Origin: an uncultured Bacteroidota bacterium
GTDB taxonomy: Bacteria; Bacteroidota; Bacteroidia; AKYH767-A; 2013-40CM-41-45
Length of the DNA stretch: 64,000 bases
Reading direction: 5' to 3'
Assembly (NCBI GenBank): GCA_937871435.1
Contig: CALMQM010000123.1
Coordinates: 2,607-66,606 of the forward strand
Part shown: positions 59,796 through 64,000 of the stretch, piece by piece
How positions within the stretch are numbered: position 1 is the first letter of the stretch
Layout of the letters: every line of letters starts with the position of its first letter
Position numbers and translations under genes: made by a program
Notes under the pieces: generated by a model
What the model saw: the letters and a program-made list of their open reading frames with translations, nothing else
Told to the model about the DNA's origin: nothing
Databases searched by the model: none

Positions 59796-62700
59796 ATGAA
59801 AAATATTTTCAAGCTGTCGAATAAGAGAAGATCACACGCGGAGATATGGGTTGTATTGTTTTTAATCCTTGTATTGGTAGGGTATTATTATATGCTTTAT
59901 ATCCCCAGTCAGCAAAACAGGTTGGTGGAACAAAAATTCAGATCTCTAAGCAGGATTGATGAAAATATTCACAACAAAATAGAGTCCTATCAGAAATACA
60001 TTCGTTCCTATGTATTTGACTCAGACCTCTGGAATTCTCAGAAAATCCGGGAGAAAATAGAAGGGGGGAATTATTATGACGAAGACAAGAAAATACTAAT
60101 AAAAAGACGAACAGATAATTCGAAAATAATTCCACAGGATTCTGCGAAAACGATCCTGGATATTCAAAACAATCAGTTGGAGCAGATCGTTTATACCTGC
60201 TCTGAAAATGGCGCCCTGGAGTTTTCTCAGCGAAATAATTTCAAAGAATTTATCCGCCCTCTACTGACCAATGATCTTTTTGATAACTATTTGATATTGT
60301 CGGATAGCGGAGTGTTGTTTGAGTCTTTTCCTTCCGGAATGTCATTTAAAAAACTGGACTCGGTATTCGATTCAAGATCCACCATTCATTACTGCAAGCT
60401 AAGAGACATTGAAATCGGCGGAGTTAGTTACAAAATGTTTCTACAGCCATTGGGAAATTTATCCGGAAGTGAAATTGTCATCGTTGGATTATTGACTACG
60501 GGTAATTTTAATGCCAATGTCAGACAACTTCCGGAGGCGTTGATTACACCAATTCTTTACATTCTGCTTTCTATTCTTTTGCTCTTCCCACTATTGAAAC
60601 TGATGCTGATGGGTAAAGCGGAGCGCATGCGCTTTGTTGATTTGTTGTTTTCTTATATCTCGCTAATGATGTTGTGTGGAACGACCATTCTGATTCTTTG
60701 CAGATATTCCCCGCAGGTTGATAATGAAACGAACAAACATCTGGAAACGATAAGCAATCAAATCGAGTCGAACTTCAACACAGAAGTACACTCCGCCTTC
60801 AGACACTTATCAAATCTTGATAGTATAGTTAACGACACGAAAAATGGTTTGACCACTCAGAAAAAATCTTTTGCTGAGCAACAGTGGGGATTGGTTTCTA
60901 TCAATGACAAGGACAAAATTAATTTTGACAAGAAAAAAAATACCGATAAAAATAATTCCACAGAGAAAACTGATAAGACAGAAAATCAAAATCAATTTTT
61001 ACAAAATGTTTTCAATTCTATCAAAGACAATTACATCCGCATTTCTCAGGTATATTGGATTGATCCGAATGCAAAGATCAGAATTAATTGGACTGAAGCG
61101 GCTACCAACCCTCCATTTGGAATGGTGGATGATAGAAAATACTTTTCTGCAATTAAAGAGCAGCAGTTCTACTATTTAGACAATGATATCACACAACCCT
61201 ACTATCTGCAGCCTGTAATTTCCTGGTCTGACAAGCAATATAAGCTTGTGATATCAAAGCCATCCATTCATAAAGACTTTGCTGCGACGGGTATGTCATG
61301 CTATTTCAACTCTCTGATACGGACAACGCTGCCACCCGGAATTAGTTTTGCCCTGCTTGATGAAGGTGGAGAAGTACTTGCTCATTCGGATTCACTGAAA
61401 AACCTGAGGGAGAATATGTATAATGAAAGTGACGCCGCATCAGTCATCAGTGGAATTCAATTGACGGAAGTCCCACGTCATTTCAATACGAAATATTCAG
61501 GCGGTAATTATTCTGCTTATGCAAAAAAAATTAAAGGATTGCCATATGTACTTGTAGTATTTGAAGACAGAAGTTATGAAAGCAGCCGGTATGTATCCGC
61601 GTTGTTTTATGCGTTGATTTTATTTGGCAGTTTGCTTGTTGTGATGCTGGGAGAAATCCTGTTGTTGTCGTTCAATGGCTATAACAGATCGGTACTAAAG
61701 AAAAACGATTTCAATTTTAACTGGATTTTTCCACGGACGGGACAGCGCCAGAAATATTGGATGATTACTGCTACCAATGGCCTGTTGATTATAATCTTGC
61801 CGCTTTATTTCACCCATGTTCTCAATGGCAACGTAGAGTTAATCCTGAAATCATTAATCACAACGTTTTTGCTTTCGACCTTGTTTTACACTTTAGTGAG
61901 CTGTGAAAAGAACAAACTAAAATTTGAATTTAACAGAAAGAAAGGACTTTTGTTCTGGTCGTTTATGCTCATCCTGTTTTTTATGTTGTTTCATTCAGCG
62001 ATTCAACCCTGCACTTCACGGGCGTTGTTGAGGACTCTTGGGCCGGCAGGAATAACACTTGGAATTTGCATTCTGAATTTTTCTCTGCTGAAAAACGGAA
62101 TCACATACAGAGGAAACAGTTTGCTTCCAGATGCAGGAAGTGCAAGAAGGAGCTATTCGGCGGTCGTATTTTCCAGAATTCTCCTGACATGCGGAATGCC
62201 GGTTATGTATTTTTATTGCAGTGGATACAATCTGATTTTGAGAAATGAAGCGAAAGAAAAACTATTTGTTTTTGCGCAACAGGTAAATCGATACAACAAG
62301 AGTAATCTCGATCCGGTATTATATCCCGCAAACTGTTCGATGCCAATCCACCAGTTTCTCGGTATTTATTTTGATCAATTCTGGATTTCTGATACATGTC
62401 GCTACGAATCAAAACCAGGAACGGATGAGTTTCGTGTGGACATGGAGCAATTGCAACTTCACACCATGCGAAAGGCGATGGCCATTAGTAAAACCCGCAA
62501 ACATCCATGGTTTTATTCTTATGGACAACGGGCAGACACAGGGTCCTATTCATTTGTAGAAACAAAAAATGGAATCATGCTAAACATGAGGCCTACATTC
62601 AATTCGATTTGTGATACACCGGGCAGCCAATCTATATTCTATACAGGGAAAGATCTATTTGCGTCGATGAGCTTGTTTGGGACGAATTCAAACAAATTAA

Positions 62701-64000
62701 ATGAGGTGATCCTGATTGTTGTATTAATTGTGTTACTGCTTATTTTATTTTTTCTGATTGGATATACGACTGAGAAAATATTTGGAAAATATTCTGTTCC
62801 GGAAATGCCCTCTCGTTTTTTACGCAATCAAATTCTGGAAACAGAAATGCGAAAGCTGTTGTTTATTCAGGGTCCGCCTGGATCAGGGAAAACGCAATTT
62901 GTGAGAGAGTATTTGCGCTACCGTACAAAAGAAAAAATAACTGATCAGCATGGTACGGTACAGGAAGTTACTGTAACAAAGAAGTACCAATTTGCAAAGT
63001 CTGAAAAAGACATCAATGAAACAACAAATGCAGTGATCATTGATTTACTGGAAATTCCGGACTCATCCGAATCGGATAATATTCCACTCTGGAGATACAA
63101 AATCACAAAGATTCTTGAAAACAAGAATTTACAATGCATTCTCATCAACCATTTTGAATACAACATTCGGGACCTTACAACCAACAGAATAAAATTGAAT
63201 TTCCTTGAAAAATTACTGATTGATCATGGCCAACGCAAACTGGTGATCGTATCAACGATAGACCTCGGAGAATTTATTTATTCGATGGAGAACAATCTGG
63301 TTCTGGATGAAAGCCAACGTGCTGAAATATTTGAGGATGTTCACCGCTGGAGAGTTTTACTGGGAAACTTTGCCAATATTTATTTACCTCTCGATACTCA
63401 TTTTGAACACGCTGCAATAAATCTTGATAGCCCAATAGAAGACGTATTAAAAAACGAATGCGGCTCAATAAAATTTCTTCAACCGTTCAGGGAGGAGATG
63501 GAGAAAACGATCCAACTACAGAGAGTAAGGAAAGAAGAGCCCATTTCCGCGATAGAATTAATTTTTCAAATTCAGGGTTTTGCTACACATTTCTACCAGT
63601 ACCTGTGGGCCTCACTGACACGAGAAGAACAAATTATTCTGATAGATATGGCCGAAGACGGAATATTGAACACCAGCAATGCCGGTTGTCTGAAATTATT
63701 GATTGATAAAGGGATTATTAGTATGGTTGATGGTAAAATGCAATTGTTCAATCTGAGCTTTCGTAACTTTTTGCTTACTGTAATTACGACGGAGGATAAA
63801 CAAAAACTGGTAACCGGGATAGACGATAACAGTTACTGGAATAATTATAAGTATCCGATCGGAATAGTTGCCGCCTCCCTTGTGTGGCTGTTGTTATACA
63901 GTGATCCGGAGAAGTTCGGGAATATTTTACCCACACTCACCGCTCTGGGAACCGGCGTGCCGATTATTTTCCGTTTGTTGACAATGTTTAAAACGGGCGA
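59796..64000 (+). CDS. Giant polytopic membrane protein (>1401 aa, 3' partial): periplasmic Cache-like segments, at least 9 TMs, cytoplasmic P-loop NTPase, then a helical C-terminal module (possibly a winged helix)
   Basis: A single uninterrupted frame from ATG 59796 to the window end. It is not in the ORF track because it has no stop, and no frame-0 plus-strand ORFs are listed. Walker A IQGPPGSGKTQF at 62865 (in frame, about aa 1024). Walker B-like AVIIDLLE and KLVIVSTID. Multiple hydrophobic segments. The periplasmic stretch VYWIDPNAKIRINW…YYLQPVISWSDKQYKLVISKP looks Cache-like. Confidence 0.75.
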   Translation, partial: MKNIFKLSNKRRSHAEIWVVLFLILVLVGYYYMLYIPSQQNRLVEQKFRSLSRIDENIHNKIESYQKYIRSYVFDSDLWNSQKIREKIEGGNYYDEDKKILIKRRTDNSKIIPQDSAKTILDIQNNQLEQIVYTCSENGALEFSQRNNFKEFIRPLLTNDLFDNYLILSDSGVLFESFPSGMSFKKLDSVFDSRSTIHYCKLRDIEIGGVSYKMFLQPLGNLSGSEIVIVGLLTTGNFNANVRQLPEALITPILYILLSILLLFPLLKLMLMGKAERMRFVDLLFSYISLMMLCGTTILILCRYSPQVDNETNKHLETISNQIESNFNTEVHSAFRHLSNLDSIVNDTKNGLTTQKKSFAEQQWGLVSINDKDKINFDKKKNTDKNNSTEKTDKTENQNQFLQNVFNSIKDNYIRISQVYWIDPNAKIRINWTEAATNPPFGMVDDRKYFSAIKEQQFYYLDNDITQPYYLQPVISWSDKQYKLVISKPSIHKDFAATGMSCYFNSLIRTTLPPGISFALLDEGGEVLAHSDSLKNLRENMYNESDAASVISGIQLTEVPRHFNTKYSGGNYSAYAKKIKGLPYVLVVFEDRSYESSRYVSALFYALILFGSLLVVMLGEILLLSFNGYNRSVLKKNDFNFNWIFPRTGQRQKYWMITATNGLLIIILPLYFTHVLNGNVELILKSLITTFLLSTLFYTLVSCEKNKLKFEFNRKKGLLFWSFMLILFFMLFHSAIQPCTSRALLRTLGPAGITLGICILNFSLLKNGITYRGNSLLPDAGSARRSYSAVVFSRILLTCGMPVMYFYCSGYNLILRNEAKEKLFVFAQQVNRYNKSNLDPVLYPANCSMPIHQFLGIYFDQFWISDTCRYESKPGTDEFRVDMEQLQLHTMRKAMAISKTRKHPWFYSYGQRADTGSYSFVETKNGIMLNMRPTFNSICDTPGSQSIFYTGKDLFASMSLFGTNSNKLNEVILIVVLIVLLLILFFLIGYTTEKIFGKYSVPEMPSRFLRNQILETEMRKLLFIQGPPGSGKTQFVREYLRYRTKEKITDQHGTVQEVTVTKKYQFAKSEKDINETTNAVIIDLLEIPDSSESDNIPLWRYKITKILENKNLQCILINHFEYNIRDLTTNRIKLNFLEKLLIDHGQRKLVIVSTIDLGEFIYSMENNLVLDESQRAEIFEDVHRWRVLLGNFANIYLPLDTHFEHAAINLDSPIEDVLKNECGSIKFLQPFREEMEKTIQLQRVRKEEPISAIELIFQIQGFATHFYQYLWASLTREEQIILIDMAEDGILNTSNAGCLKLLIDKGIISMVDGKMQLFNLSFRNFLLTVITTEDKQKLVTGIDDNSYWNNYKYPIGIVAASLVWLLLYSDPEKFGNILPTLTALGTGVPIIFRLLTMFKTG

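Noticed and set aside
1-64000. CRISPR arrays, tRNA/rRNA genes, transposases or integrases
   Set aside because: No regularly spaced direct repeats, no tRNA-like T-arm or acceptor signatures in intergenic regions, and no recombinase-like ORFs were found.

Overview
This 64-kb window looks like chromosomal Bacteroidota DNA, possibly Chitinophagia or Sphingobacteriia. It is almost fully coding: about 49 protein genes, four clear rho-independent terminators, and no rRNA, tRNA, CRISPR, transposase or integrase that I can see. The taxon guess rests on a T9SS C-terminal sorting tail on a giant PKD-repeat protein, a tonB-exbB-exbD locus with the lineage-typical downstream PstS-like and TPR genes, a TonB-dependent receptor, ECF sigma/anti-sigma pairs and an AT-rich intergenic region.

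Gene content from the start of the window to the end:
- a hybrid sensor kinase (partial), a YfiR/DUF4154 protein and a TonB-dependent receptor
- a 2080-aa T9SS cargo protein with a Gly-rich region and at least 14 PKD repeats
- an ABC-2 exporter pair
- a HisKA_2 kinase with a REC-PAS-LytTR regulator
- an amino-acid permease
- the TPR / PstS-like / TonB / ExbD / ExbD / ExbB operon
- an orphan nuoL-nuoM-nuoN block
- a run of secreted proteins with S8 and M28 peptidases
- rpiB, nadA, a MORN/YwqK-repeat protein, DUF962 and RNase R
- a sulfur cluster: thioredoxin, MBL-fold plus double-rhodanese protein (CstB-like), YeiH and an SLC13 transporter
- an ECF sigma/anti-sigma pair with an upstream ABC ATPase and polytopic membrane protein
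- SixA-like phosphatase, an H1-like lysine-rich protein and PPK1

The most unusual part is 56.1-64.0 kb. After a 620-bp very AT-rich spacer there is a low-GC, tightly packed 4-gene plus-strand operon: a membrane protein, two cytoplasmic amidohydrolase-fold metal hydrolases, and a >1400-aa polytopic membrane protein that runs off the window. That last protein has periplasmic Cache-like segments and a cytoplasmic Walker-A/B P-loop NTPase followed by a helical module that could be a winged helix. This looks like a candidate undescribed sensor-NTPase/hydrolase system; its function is unknown.
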